From: Sphyrna mokarran
Taxonomy: Eukaryota
NCBI GenBank assembly: GCA_024679065.1
Contig: JAGIQG010000010.1
Coordinates: forward strand, 56,358,001-56,422,000
DNA: 64,000 nt
Direction: 5' to 3'
In this document: positions 11,243-23,048 of the stretch, one piece after another
Layout: each line of letters opens with the position of its first letter
Numbering within the stretch: position 1 is the stretch's first letter
Notes under the pieces: model-generated
What the model saw: the letters and a program-made list of their open reading frames with translations, nothing else
Database searches by the model: none
Told to the model about the DNA's origin: nothing
Position numbers and translations under genes: made by a program

Positions 11243-11440
11243 GGCCTGTTCCCATGCTGTAATTTTCTTTATTCTTTGTTCAGTCAGGCAGCATGGTTGG
11301 TGCAGGCTTGGAGGGCTGAAGGGCCTGTTTCTGTGCTGTAACTTTCTTTGTTCTTTGTTCAGTCAGACAGCAGGATCAGTGCAAACTTGGAGGGCTGAAG
11401 GGCCTGTTCCTGTGCTATAATTTTCTTTGTTCATTGTTCT
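11243..11440 (+). repeat. Tandem 79-bp repeat (2.5 copies) of a CR1 3' terminus
   Basis: ggcctgtt at 11243, 11322 and 11401, each followed by a (ttctttg)n tail. Confidence 0.85.
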
Positions 11441-11919
11441 AAAAATTCCGCACCACAAAACAATCCTCCCTAAAGTTCCTAAATTGAATGAACTGACGTG
11501 TTCCACAGATATTTCAGGAACACAACCAACTCACAAAAAATCTCAAATTCATAGAAATTCAGAATTGAGCAGATATTTAAACCTAGCATGCATTTAGTGT
11601 GCATCAAGTCAGCACCCACCACATTTCCTGAGCAGATCAAAATGGCAGCTAGTGGAATCGCTTGAGAAAATAACATTACTGGTCCACCCACCATCTGTCA
11701 CACAAACTCCTCAAACATCCGGACATCTGTTATGTTTTTTCCCAGATTTATGATGGCAAAGTCTGATCTTTTAACTATGGAGGGGATTCTCCAACCAGCA
11801 AGAATTTTGATACTCTATTGATTGGGGTGGTTTCTGTCAAAAACCAGGAAACCTGCTAGGTGTGAGAGCCTTTGGGATTCATCCGACCCATCCACTAGCC
11901 TTAATCAGGTTCTTACCGT

Positions 11920-12253
11920 TAGAACCATAGAATTATACGATCCCTACAGTGCAGAAGGAGGTCATTTGACTCATCAAGCCTGCACTGACAATAATCCCAG
12001 CAGGTCCTATCCCGATAACTTGATGTGTCTACCCTGCTAATCTCTCTGACACTAAGGGGCAATTTAATATGGTCAATCAGCCTAACCTGCAAATCTTTGG
12101 ATTGTGGGAAGAAACTGGAGCACCCAGAGAAATCCCACGCAGATATGAGGAGAATCTGCAAACTCCACACAGACAGCCATCCAAAGCTAGAATTGAACTT
12201 GGGCCCCTAGTGCTGTGAGACAGCAGTGTTAACCACCATGCCATTGTGCAACC
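11920..12253 (-). mobile_element. HE1-type SINE, full length
   Basis: Tail tagaaccatagaa, HE1 body, tRNA head ending cagcagtgttaaccaccatgccattgtgc. Confidence 0.9.
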
Positions 12254-13664
12254 TGATGATTATTCAAACCTACTAATTGTCATACAATTAACAGGTTTAA
12301 CAGCCCATTCATTGGTGCATTGCTATTCTTCTGTCTCTCTAGCAGGAAATGCGCTGGGCAGGCTTGGATGCTGGTAATGACCACTGCGGGCCTGCCCAGC
12401 TGGCCCCGGAAATCCAGGGGACCACCACCAACCTCTCAGCAAAGAGGGGCATCCCCACCTTGACAGGATATTCTGTCCACCCCTCCACTCTCCCTACCTT
12501 CCTCCCCTTCACATACACACACACACACATGCACACGCACACGCACATACACATACAACAGGCATGAGCTGACCCAATAAATGATTTCATTTCCTCTTTT
12601 GCAGACCACTTATTTCCTTTGAAAAACCAGAGCTGTCAATCAGGCTTAGAGTCTTTGTAAACATTGCTGTTAGGAGCACTTGAGATACATTCAATAGTGA
12701 AGAGAAAAGTAAATAAACACAGTTGACTGGCATTTAAGTAGAAATTAATTAAGTGTGAATGAAAGCCTATTTCAAAGCACTGCAGTTTGAAATTGATAGA
12801 GATCAAAGCTGTAAAATTCAATGGAGGGGATTTCAAAGTTTTCAGCTTGCTAAGAAGGCTCAGATACCTCAAATAAAAGTTGTGTGAACACATTATGGCT
12901 GAGTGAATAGCTGTGGAAAATGGAACACCCACTCCCCCCAATAATATTGACATTTCCTCTCTGTCAGAGGGCATCACTAGGATTTGCTTACACTTGCAGC
13001 TTCTGACAGCGAGAAAGGAAATTCCTGCTGCTTAAATGGATTGTTGCAGTGATTTAAAATCTTGCCAGGTGACCTGGAGGGAAGGGAGGTCAACACATTG
13101 CCCCAGCTCCAGTCCACTCAATCCTCAGGATTCTTGAAGAATAATTTCTCTACAGGCTGGCAGTTACAAATGGCACATGGGCACTGGACTTACCTCCTTG
13201 ACAGCCCCCTCCACCCTGCCATTTTGACCAAAGGTATGGGCCATTGTGTCATTGTCAAGGTGTCAGGGGCAGTGCACAATTGGTACTGTCGAGGCATATG
13301 GCCTGAAGGGGTGGGAGAGGGGTCATCAGTGGGAGTCTGAGGGGGGAGGGGGGAATGAGTGATGATCTGAATGGGAAGGGGGCTGGGAGGAAGGTGGGTG
13401 GTCTGAGGAAGAGATTGTTTGAGATTTTTACAAATTCCCTGTCCCTAGCTCCAATTTCTTTTCTCAGTCTTTTTTTTCATCATCCTTGCTGTCCACCCTC
13501 CTCTGTTTCTTCTTCAGGTGATTTTTGTGTAGCAAGTATTACAAAGAAGAAGAATTAGTAATTTAAAACTAGTATAAAAGTAAGCCAATTATTTCTGTTG
13601 GTTTCATAGTAACTTCACCAGTATCAATATCTTCCTACTACATAGCCTCAGAATGTGACTATTG

Positions 13665-14020
13665 ACATACGAACATGAAAGCATATGAATCAGGAGCAGG
13701 GATAGTACACTTGACACCTTGAACCTGCTCTGCTATTTAATAAGAGCATGGCTGATCTCATCATAACTTTAATTCCACATTCCTCCTACCCTGATAATCT
13801 TTCACTCCCTTGTTTCTCAAGAGTCTATCTAACTCTGCCTTAAAAATATTCAAAGATTTCTGATGTCTTTTCAGGAAAAGAGTTCCAAAGACCCATTGCT
13901 CTTTGAGAGAAAAGATTTCTCCTTATCTCTGTCTTAAATAGGTGACCCCATATTTTTAAATAGTGATACCTGCTTGTAGATTTCCCCCAGAAAGAAACAT
14001 CTTCTTCACATCCACCTTGA
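13665..14020 (-). mobile_element. CR1 3' fragment
   Basis: CR1 3'UTR (aggagcagg...gaacctgctctgc) and end of ORF2. Confidence 0.75.
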
Positions 14021-14089
14021 CTAATAATAGCCCAAAAACAAATGTCAATGCATATCGTGATAGCACAGTCTGTGATTATCCTAAAATGC

Positions 14090-14460
14090 CCTTACAACTG
14101 ATGGATTCACTGTAATTGTTATTATGTAACCAAACATAGCAATAAATCTGTGTACAACAAACTTCCCCACCCCAAAAAAGGATTATGAAAAGTTAATCTG
14201 TTTTTGCCGGTCTTGGTTAAGGAAAGGATATTAATCGGTGTGCTGCAATGCTGTCTGCTCACTTGATATTACCTCCAACTCCTTAAATCCACCTGAGCAA
14301 GTAGGTAGGGCCTCCACCTCATCCTCAACCCAAAAGAAAGCATCTCCAACATTGGAATACTTCATGTACAGCATTGAGCTGTCAACCAATAACATGCATT
14401 AAAGGCCAACCATCTTGTGACACAGAGATAAGAAGGCTACCAGCTGAGTCAGAGTCTGAC
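14090..14460 (-). mobile_element. Deu-domain SINE (SacSINE1/AmnSINE-like), highly decayed
   Basis: aaatccacctgag..agggcctc..aaagcatctccaaca..cagcattgagctgtc and head taccagctgagtca match the reverse of the Deu domain as I recall it. Confidence 0.6.
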
Positions 14461-16029
14461 TCAATCTAATTAGTCCCAGGATGCAAAAGCAATACAATCT
14501 CTGCCACAAAGGGCATTTCATGTTGTACAGAGCTTCCCACTAGCAGCAAAAATTTTATTGTGCGCTATGTGATTCAATACCCTTACATCCCGCCAAAACA
14601 GTGGGGGTAAATGTCCATGGATTTCCCTAGCTGCCTGCTGAAACATTATTGCATGAGTCACAGAAAAGCAGGGAACACAATATAAACAGTAATCAACAAA
14701 ATTATAAATGAAACATGAAACATTGGGATTGTGTTTATTTTCCTTTGGGAGGAAATGTAATTAAACTACAAGAAATGAGCAAATTCTAGAATAGTAAACC
14801 TCGTTTTCATTACATCAGGCTGGATAAATAAATTGTCATCAGTTGGCAGTGAGAATGTTAACCTTTCAGATACCTATGGCTCAGTTTTGAAAAATATATA
14901 TTTTTTATTAGCTGTTAATCAAATTAATGGCATGATATATTATAAATATATTAAGTAATTAAATAACTGTTAAAAGCCAATGTGTGAAGAGTTATAAAAT
15001 GCATTAGAAACAAATGTTTATATCCACTTAATATTCCATCATTATCAAATAATACTGTCACAGAAAGTAACTTGTTTCTTTGAACTTCAATCTTCCTCAG
15101 CGGGACATGTATCTAGGGGCACAGCAGTTAATAAGTTATATTGATTTTTGTGCAATTAATTAATATATCAGCCAGAAATAGTGAATTTTATTTCATTGGA
15201 GATTAAGCTGGTGACATATAGGTCAAAAACAACAGGTGCAATAAGAACAATGTCAAGCCAGGGTGAACATGCATGTATTATGAGATCACTTACTTATAAT
15301 ATTTAATGACATTAATTTAATTACCGAGGCTATAAAGATCTACATCAGTCCATTTTCACTTATCTGTTGGCCATTCTATAGATTTTAAATAAAGTTTTGT
15401 TAAGAGAATGCATCACGATTTTTTAAATGCTTAATCTAACTGACAATCAAACTTTTTTCACAAATTGAATTTCCAGTAATAACAATATTGTGATTCATAT
15501 CAGTAGATACGGTAGAAATGATGGAACTCAAAAGAGATTAAATCTGGTGCCTCATGACTCATTACCCCAATCATATTTTTTTATATCTCACTATCTATTA
15601 TATCTTGGCAGGAAAAGATGTGAAAAGAATTTTGTTTTCATTTTGCAAAGGATTAGGTACTATTGATGTTAATTAATTTACATATAACCTTCAATAACCT
15701 AATCATGCAATGATTTGATAAAACAGTAACCTGTCTCTGGATCATTTAACATACTTTGAAAATATTTCTTACTATAATCAATTATGAACAAAACTAATGA
15801 TGGAAATTGCATTAGTACATCGTATTAGTATTTACTTCCCTTACTTGAGCAAAGTGATATTTTTTGAAGCTGTAGGGGTTAATTTTCCTGTTGGCAGACT
15901 GAGTCATTTGTGCAGTGTGGACAAGCAAACTACCAAAGATTGCACAGCATGATGACAAAGCATGATGGGATAGGATGGCCAAGTGTGTATAAAGACTGAG
16001 ACAAATGGGCTGCAGCCCTAAATGAATAT

Positions 16030-16520
16030 TAGACTGAGACAAGTGGGCCACAGTCTTATACATTGGAATACACAGAAAATAGGCCATCCATAAACAATGG
16101 ACACTCTCTGGTCAAGTATACTTGTTTATCAGACAAATGGGGACCTTAACCCCTTACTTGGAAGGGAAATATGTGGCCTATGTACCTCCAGCACCCACAG
16201 GCATGCTGCTAGATACACACTCCGAAATCAGTGTGGCAGCACCCAAAATAATCAAAGGATAAAGGTGCTACATAACACACTATCAGCAGTAGTGCCTCTA
16301 GAGACCATGAGGGATGACCCTGGACCATCCAGGGGAGAAGAAGGAAGAACAGACCAGACCCAGAAGAAGAGGATCAGACCAGACTAAAGTCCAGACCGTA
16401 CTGAGGAGATTGCAGGGACCAACAGATGGATACAGGCCAATATCTGCTTGGGTACTTGTTAATCACTCAAAGTTAAGTTAAAGTCCAGTGTTAAGTTGAA
16501 TCCTGATTGTTCTGTAAAAT
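16030..16520 (+). mobile_element. Possible LTR fragment
   Basis: LTR-like composition with cagacc repeats; no clear TG..CA ends. Confidence 0.3.
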
Positions 16521-16522
16521 TA

Positions 16523-16743
16523 TAGAATCATAGAAACCCTACAGTACAGAAAAAGGGTATTTGGCCCAACCAGTCTGCACCGACCGTAATCCCACCCATG
16601 CCTTACCCCCATATCCCTACATATTTACCCACTAATCCTTCTAACCTATGCATCTCACAACACCAACATTAAGGCTGATCAACCCAATCTGCATATCTTT
16701 AGACTGTGGGAGGAAACGCATGCAGACACAAGGAGAATGTGCA
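16523..16743 (-). mobile_element. HE1-type SINE, 5'-truncated
   Basis: tagaatcatagaaaccctacagtacagaaa tail and HE1 body. Confidence 0.85.
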
Positions 16744-17348
16744 CTTCAGAAGGCACCCTCGCGTGGGAGAGTTTGAAGGTTTCGTTCAATTTTGAAAACA
16801 AAACAGACAGGAATTGAGCAAAACTGAACTAATTTGCAATAATTATCATTAAAAGTTACTACTGTAATTAACATTAGTAGTGTAAATGAATAAGCGTTAT
16901 TATATTAAAAAGAAGTCAGTTTGTATTTTTTTGTCCGCCATATAACGATTATAAATGCACTGTGTGCAAGACACAGCAGGATGCAGAAAATTAGATAGTC
17001 GGCAATCTCTTGCAGTCCCCAGTGGTTCCCTGTACTGTCCCGTTCTGCAATTGCTCTATTGGGTTTTACAGCCACAGAGTTTCTTCTTGAACATCCAATT
17101 CAATTGCTTCTGTCATATCCAGATTTCAAGTGCATTCTCTTTAAATGTGCTCCACAGCTTGATGAGACAGGACTCTTCATCCTTACATATCTATTCTCTA
17201 CTGTGATGTGCCACCTTTAAGCTGTGTTAAAAAATTGAATTTTCTTCAGAAGGCACCCTCATGCAGGGGAATTTGAAGATTCGGTTCAATTTTGAAAACA
17301 AATCAGACAGGAATTGAGCAAAATTGAACTAATTTACAATAATTATCA
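16744..17348 (+). repeat. 105-bp direct repeat pair (16744-16848 and 17244-17348)
   Basis: cttcagaaggcaccctc...aattatca occurs twice, exactly 500 bp apart. Confidence 0.9.
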
Positions 17349-17601
17349 AAAAAAATTCTACCTTATGAAAGAGGTATTAACATGCTCAAATGGTCTGTGT
17401 TCATTTCCATATATGCAGCTTTGTTCATGACAGCTGCATTAGGGAGTGATTTCAGTCCAGGTTCAGGGCAGGCAGAACTTTGATTATGGCTGGAAACTCT
17501 TGCAAGAATGCCATAATGGGATGTACATGGGGAGATGATGCTCAACAAAGTGGTGAACGAGATCATCTCATATTAACATTTACTTAAACATTCAACATCA
17601 C

Positions 17602-18714
17602 AGGCCCAATTTTACCATTTTCATTCAAAGTGCCGAGTCTCTGCATAGTACAGATCCGACTTAAAAATCCGCTTTCAGACATTCCCATATGCTCTCAGCC
17701 ATCTCCAGTCCATTCACGCTGTGAACGGGGTTTAGTGCTGCCAGAATGATCGGAGCTCTGAACTGCGCATGCGCAGTTAGAAAAAAAAATTGGTAAAAGC
17801 ATGCCCACGTAGATTGCTCCCAAGCCACAGAAAGCAGAGAAAGCGGCCCAGGAGCGAGAGTGTAGAGAGTGTATCTCATGGGGGTGGGGGATAAGAGGGA
17901 AGCGGTTAAGATCTTGGGGGGGGGGGGCAGTTGGAATTCTGGGGGGGGTTGCAGGGGGGTCCACTGCCACTCTGCAGGTGATTGGTGGGGGAGGAGGGCA
18001 GCAGGGGTGGCGATCGGTCTGTATAATGGGGGGGTAGGTAAGGTGGGTAGTGATGTGTGCGTGTGTCCTTTATCCAACCCCAACTATCCACATATATCAC
18101 TGCCCCACTTATCCACTCCCCACTACCCAGACCGATTGCCATCCCTGTCCCCCTAGTCCCCCCACTGATCACCCGCAGAGTGGCATAGGACCCTCCTGCC
18201 CCCCCACGACATCTGCCCTCCCCATCTGAGATCCATCTGACCTGCCTCCCCCTCCTCCTCCCCTCAACCAGACAACGATTTGACTTCACGCCCCTCCTGC
18301 CCCCTCCAACCAGAGAATGAACTGACCTGCCTCCACCCCTATCCTCACCACTGATCTGATTCAGAGAGCCGTTGGAAACAATGAAGGCTCTCTTCAGAGG
18401 CTGAAGCACCTGACTCAGACTTTTATTTAGCATACCTTTTAGGCATAGTTCCAGATCGATGAACATGGCTGTAAAGTGAGAAATGCTGATAGAGTTGGAT
18501 GGGCAGTTCATAAATGCATTTGAATGCATTTAAATTGAATTAAAATCATCGTTACACCCAAATTGGATGCAGAATGGATCCCACCCATTCTCATGTCTGG
18601 GTAAAGTTACGATCTGCTTGGACTTGGTTCCAGATTGCGATAAAGGCCTCACACCTCACTTTAACACAATTTCGCGCCTCAAAACAGGCACAAATTGTTG
18701 GTAAAATCGGGCCC
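17602..18714. mobile_element. Harbinger-type MITE
   Basis: TIRs ggcccaattttacca ... tggtaaaatcgggcc; G-rich then C-rich internal inverted repeat. Confidence 0.8.
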
Positions 18715-18800
18715 CATTCCAGCAATATCAGATGTTCTCACCCAATGACCGTGACACGATGTCGGCAGGAATCACTACTAGTCATCAAAAATGGAGACAG

Positions 18801-19850
18801 AGGTGGAATCTTACAAGTTTCTTTCATCCAGTCTGAAAATGGACGAGTTCCAGATCCGCTTTTTTGAGGGGGATTCCCAACTTTATGCACTCTTTCTCTG
18901 AAAAATTGGGCGAGTCAGTTTCTAGTCAGAGAGACTATGGATGGGCTTAACTCACCAGACGGAGGTATTGCACATGTACAGACCTCTGATGTTGCATATG
19001 TGCAATAGCAGTAGCAGGGCTCTGACAGAGAGAGAGTTGTCAAGCCCCTGCTACTACAAACAGCTTCAACCAGCTCCCCGCATTCACTGAGCCCGCAGCT
19101 CGAGATGCAGCCCCTGCTACCCTCCCCCTGTGCATCTCACCTTTTCCCATTGATCATAGATAGGATAGCAGCAGGGCCACCCTCCACACTTCCTTCCCCA
19201 CAACTGTAGGCAGAGTGACAGTGTACCCCTCTGCTCCCATTGTTCACCCCATTTGCCTGCTCCTCCATTGACCTGCCCCCACAATCCCCAACCCCCCCAT
19301 TGGTCTTGCCTTCTGACACACCATCCCTTGGCCTCTCCCTCGGCACACTAGAAGGCATAGGTTTAAGATGAGAGGCAATTTTTTCACACAGAGGTTGTTG
19401 AGTGTCTGGAACAAACTGCCAGAGGTAATAGTAGAATTAGATACAATTTTGTCTTTTAAAAAGCATTTAAATAGCTACATGGGCACGATGGATACAAAAG
19501 GATATGGGCCAAATGTGGAGCAGTTGGGGTTAGCTCATGGTTTTACAAAAAAGGGCAGCGTGGACAAGTTGGGCCAAAAGGCCTGTTTCTATGCTGTAAA
19601 CGTCTATGACTCTACGACTCCATGATTCTATGACACTCTCCTTGGTTCTACCTGGCACACTCTCTGTTGGTCCCACCACCTGCCAAAGTGCCCAGTGAGC
19701 ATTGCCCAGGCACCAGACTAGCAGTGCCATGGGGCTTTTTCATTAACTCCATGGTGGTAGTTTGCTGTCGGTCAGACAAGAAGATCATGCCAGCATGAAT
19801 AGCCAGAAAGTTCCAGTCATTATCAAACCAATGGTTCACTAAAATACCTT
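18801..19850. mobile_element. Probable Harbinger-type MITE remnant hosting a CR1 fragment
   Basis: ggtggaatcttaca start; internal motif cagagtgacagtgtacccc shared with the MITE at 17602. Confidence 0.45.
19346..19635 (+). mobile_element. CR1 3' fragment
   Basis: RGNFFTQRLLSVWNKLPE and (tctatga)n tail. Confidence 0.85.
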
Positions 19851-20289
19851 GAGTTAAATGAATGTCTCATACCCTAATTATGTACCCCACAGTGCTAAAG
19901 GTGCATTTGAGGTGTTGTATGTGTCAAGTGAGGTGAACTTGTTGCAATGAAAGACCCAGTGCATGAGAAAATAAGCTTGGTAACCAGAATATTGTCAGTG
20001 CTAGAGACCACCAGGGAGATCACACCAGATAGCACAAGGGCTGAATAATTCCTCAGAGTTATGCATCCTTCATCGACATGAAAAATTATTTCACCAGAAG
20101 AATGATAGAAACCATATCCCAAGTCTTGCTGAAAAAAACTGATGGCATGTTCAGAATGCATGTTGTTAAGAATATAACATTGGCAAGTAGGTTCAGAGAA
20201 AGAAGAGAATCTCTGTGAGTTACAAATTGCTATAATTTATTGTTTGATTATGCCCCTCTTGATGCTGGGTTTTATAAATGCTGGATTGC

Positions 20290-20770
20290 CCCCAATTTCC
20301 CTATTCTTTTCTTAGTTTATATGGAGTCTATTCAGAACTTTCTATCACTGAAAGATGACCTCCACCACCCTTTTAGATTCAAACCCTCTTGAGATAAAGC
20401 CAACCTTCCATTGACCTTTTAAAGCAATTTTTGTACCAGCTCACTAATATTTAGTGATGTTTTTGCTGAGATCTGATCACAGTTTCTGGTTTCACACCAT
20501 TTATAAAAATAAGTATCATCCTTCTTTCTCCAGTCCAAAGTGGATGTCCCCACACTTTTATGCTGTGTGAAATTCATTTTGCTGCAGTTTTACTTCACTT
20601 AATAGTTCACTTAATAAGTGTCCCTTTTCTAACTTCCTGTTCACAACCACATCGTTTTCTGTAATGTCTAACTTGACGTCATCAGAAATCTTGGAAGGCT
20701 GTACTCCTTCATCTAAGACTTTTATAAATATAATGAAAAGCTGAAGTCTAATTCTGTTTCCAAAATTCTG
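20290..20770 (-). mobile_element. Old CR1 RT fragment
   Basis: Degenerate FADD region (aacttgacgtcatcagaaa) and WQMxF motif on the minus strand. Confidence 0.5.
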
Positions 20771-20928
20771 AGTTTACCTGTAAAGACATGTACCTGTATA
20801 CATGACTGTTACATAACCTTTCCTTGGAAGGAATCCTATATTTGTTTGATCTCAACTATCAAATTTATCTGCCCTACTACTCACGACTGGAAAAAAACTC
20901 TCTTTCTCACCAGACTCACACCAACGCT

Positions 20929-21120
20929 CATAGAATCCCTACAGTGCAGAGAGAGGCCATTCGGCCTATTAAGTCTGCACCAACTCTCTTTATATCATAC
21001 CTAGGCCCTCCCCCTCTTCAACCCCTCATTCCTGTAACCCCACACTTTAAACAGGGCTAATCTGTCTAACCTACAATCTTTAGATTGTGGGAGGAAACTG
21101 GAGCACTTGGAGGAAACCTA
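20929..21120 (-). mobile_element. HE1-type SINE fragment
   Basis: catagaatccctacagtgcaga tail; HE1 body. Confidence 0.8.
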
Positions 21121-21129
21121 AACATGAAA

Positions 21130-22815
21130 AATACCTTTTTGAATCTGCTGTCCTTGTCCTTCCAGATGATCATGATCATTGGATTGAACAATGGTGCCTA
21201 AGAAGCCTTGGTGAATTCCTACAATGCATCTTACAGATAATACACACAGCTGTCACTGTTTATCAATGGTGGAGAGAGAGAGAATGTTTGTGAAAGGGTA
21301 GCAATTAAGTGGGTTGCTTTGTTCTGAGTGGCGTTAGGTTTCTTGAGTGTTGCTGAAACTTCACTTATCCAGACAAGTAGAAAGTATTCCATCACACTTC
21401 CAACTTGTGCTTGAGATGATGGACAGGCTTTGGGGAGTCAGGAGCTGATTTGCTCACCCACAAGATTCCTAGTCTTTGACCTGCTCTGGTAGCCACAGCT
21501 TTTATATGTCTAGTCCGATTCAGTTTCTGGTCAGTGTTAACCCCCAGGATGCTAATAGTGGGAGATTTAGCATTGAAAATGTCATTGACTCAAGGGACAA
21601 TGATTAGATCCTCTTTTGTTGGACTTAGTCATTGCCTGGTACTTGTGTGACATAAATGTTATTTGCCACGGAGATGGTCCAGATCTTGCTGCACTTGAAC
21701 ATGGACTGCTCCAATATCAAAAGAATCATGACTGATACTGAACATTGTGCTGTCATCAGCAAACTTCTGACCTTATGTTAGAAGAAGGTCACTGATGATG
21801 CAACTGAAAATGGTTGGGCCCAGGACACTCTCCTGAGAAACTCCTACAGTAATGTTCTGGAATGGAGGACCAGGTATAATTCAAACCTGTGGAGGCTTTC
21901 ATCCCTCACCCCCTCCCCACCCACTCTGATTCTCATTGACTCCAACTTTCTAGGCTTCCTTGATGTTTTACTTGGTCAAATGCTGCCTTAATGTGAAAAG
22001 TAGTCACTTTCACCTCACCTCTGACAATTAACTCTTTTATCCATGCTTGAACCAAAGCTGTGATGAGGTCAGGAGCTGAGTTTCTCTGGCAGAGCCCAAA
22101 CTGAGTATCTGTGAACAGGTTATTGTTGAGTAAATGCTGCTTGATAGCACTGTTAGTGACCCCTTCCTTCATTTTACTAATGGGGCAGTATTTGGCAGGT
22201 ATGGATTTGTCTAGTTTCTTGTATACAGGACATATATGTACAGTAAATGCCAGTGTTGTAGCTGTACTGGAGCAGTTTGCAAAGGAGCGCGGCAAGTCCC
22301 AGAGCATAAATTTTCAGTACTATTGTTGGCATATTATCAGGGTCTATATCTTTATATTATCTTTGGTCATTTCTTATATTACATGGAGTCAATTGAATTG
22401 GCTGAAGACTGTGACACTGAGGACTTCAGGAAGACCCAAGATGGACCATCCACTCAGCCCTTCTGATTGAAGATTCTGGCAAATATTTCAGCCTTTTGTT
22501 TTGCACTGATGTACTGGACTCTTCCATCATTGAAGATAGGGATATTTGTAGAACCTTCTCCTCCAGTGAGTTGTTTAAATGTCCACCACCATTCGCTCCT
22601 GAATGTGGCAGGACTATAAAGCTTAGATTGGATCTTTTGCTTATAGGATTGCATTGCTCTTTCAATTACTGTTTATGCTGTTTGACGTACAGGTAGACCT
22701 GTGTTGTACCTTCACCAAGATTGACAGCTCATTTTCAGATGTGCCTGCTTTTGCTCCTGGCAAGTCCTACCAGACTCTATATTGAACCTGAATTGGTCTA
22801 CTGGCTTGATGGTAA
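21130..22815 (-). mobile_element. CR1/L2-group LINE (second family), decayed RT ORF
   Basis: CPVYKKLDKSIPAKYCPIS..IKQHLLNNNLFTDTQFG..KAAFDQV; PQESVLGP and FADD remnants. Confidence 0.85.
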
Positions 22816-22832
22816 TGAAAAAGGGGGAGATT

Positions 22833-23048
22833 AGCAGCTGAAAACGGCAAATTTCCTTCCTTAAAAGATATTAGTGAACTAGATGGGTCTTTATGTCAAT
22901 CGACAATGGTTTCATGGTTGTCATTAGACTTTTAATATTTTATTGAGTTTTTCAAATTTCATAGTGGGATTTGAACTCAATTCCCAGAGCTTTGCCATGG
23001 CTCTCTGGATCACGAGATAAGCAACAAAACCACTATGCCACTGTCTCC
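22833..23048 (-). mobile_element. tRNA-like SINE/LINE head, same family as 59450-59810
   Basis: Minus strand: ggagacagtggcatagtgg (A box) ... gagttcaaatcccac (B box) ... ctagttcactaatatc. Confidence 0.75.

Noticed and set aside
17187-17221. 35-bp minus-strand micro-exon
   Set aside because: Splice-like signals are present, but there are stops in all frames and no other support.
17661-18529. 140-aa and 207-aa ORFs
   Set aside because: They lie in the GC-rich low-complexity interior of a MITE; no domain is recognisable.
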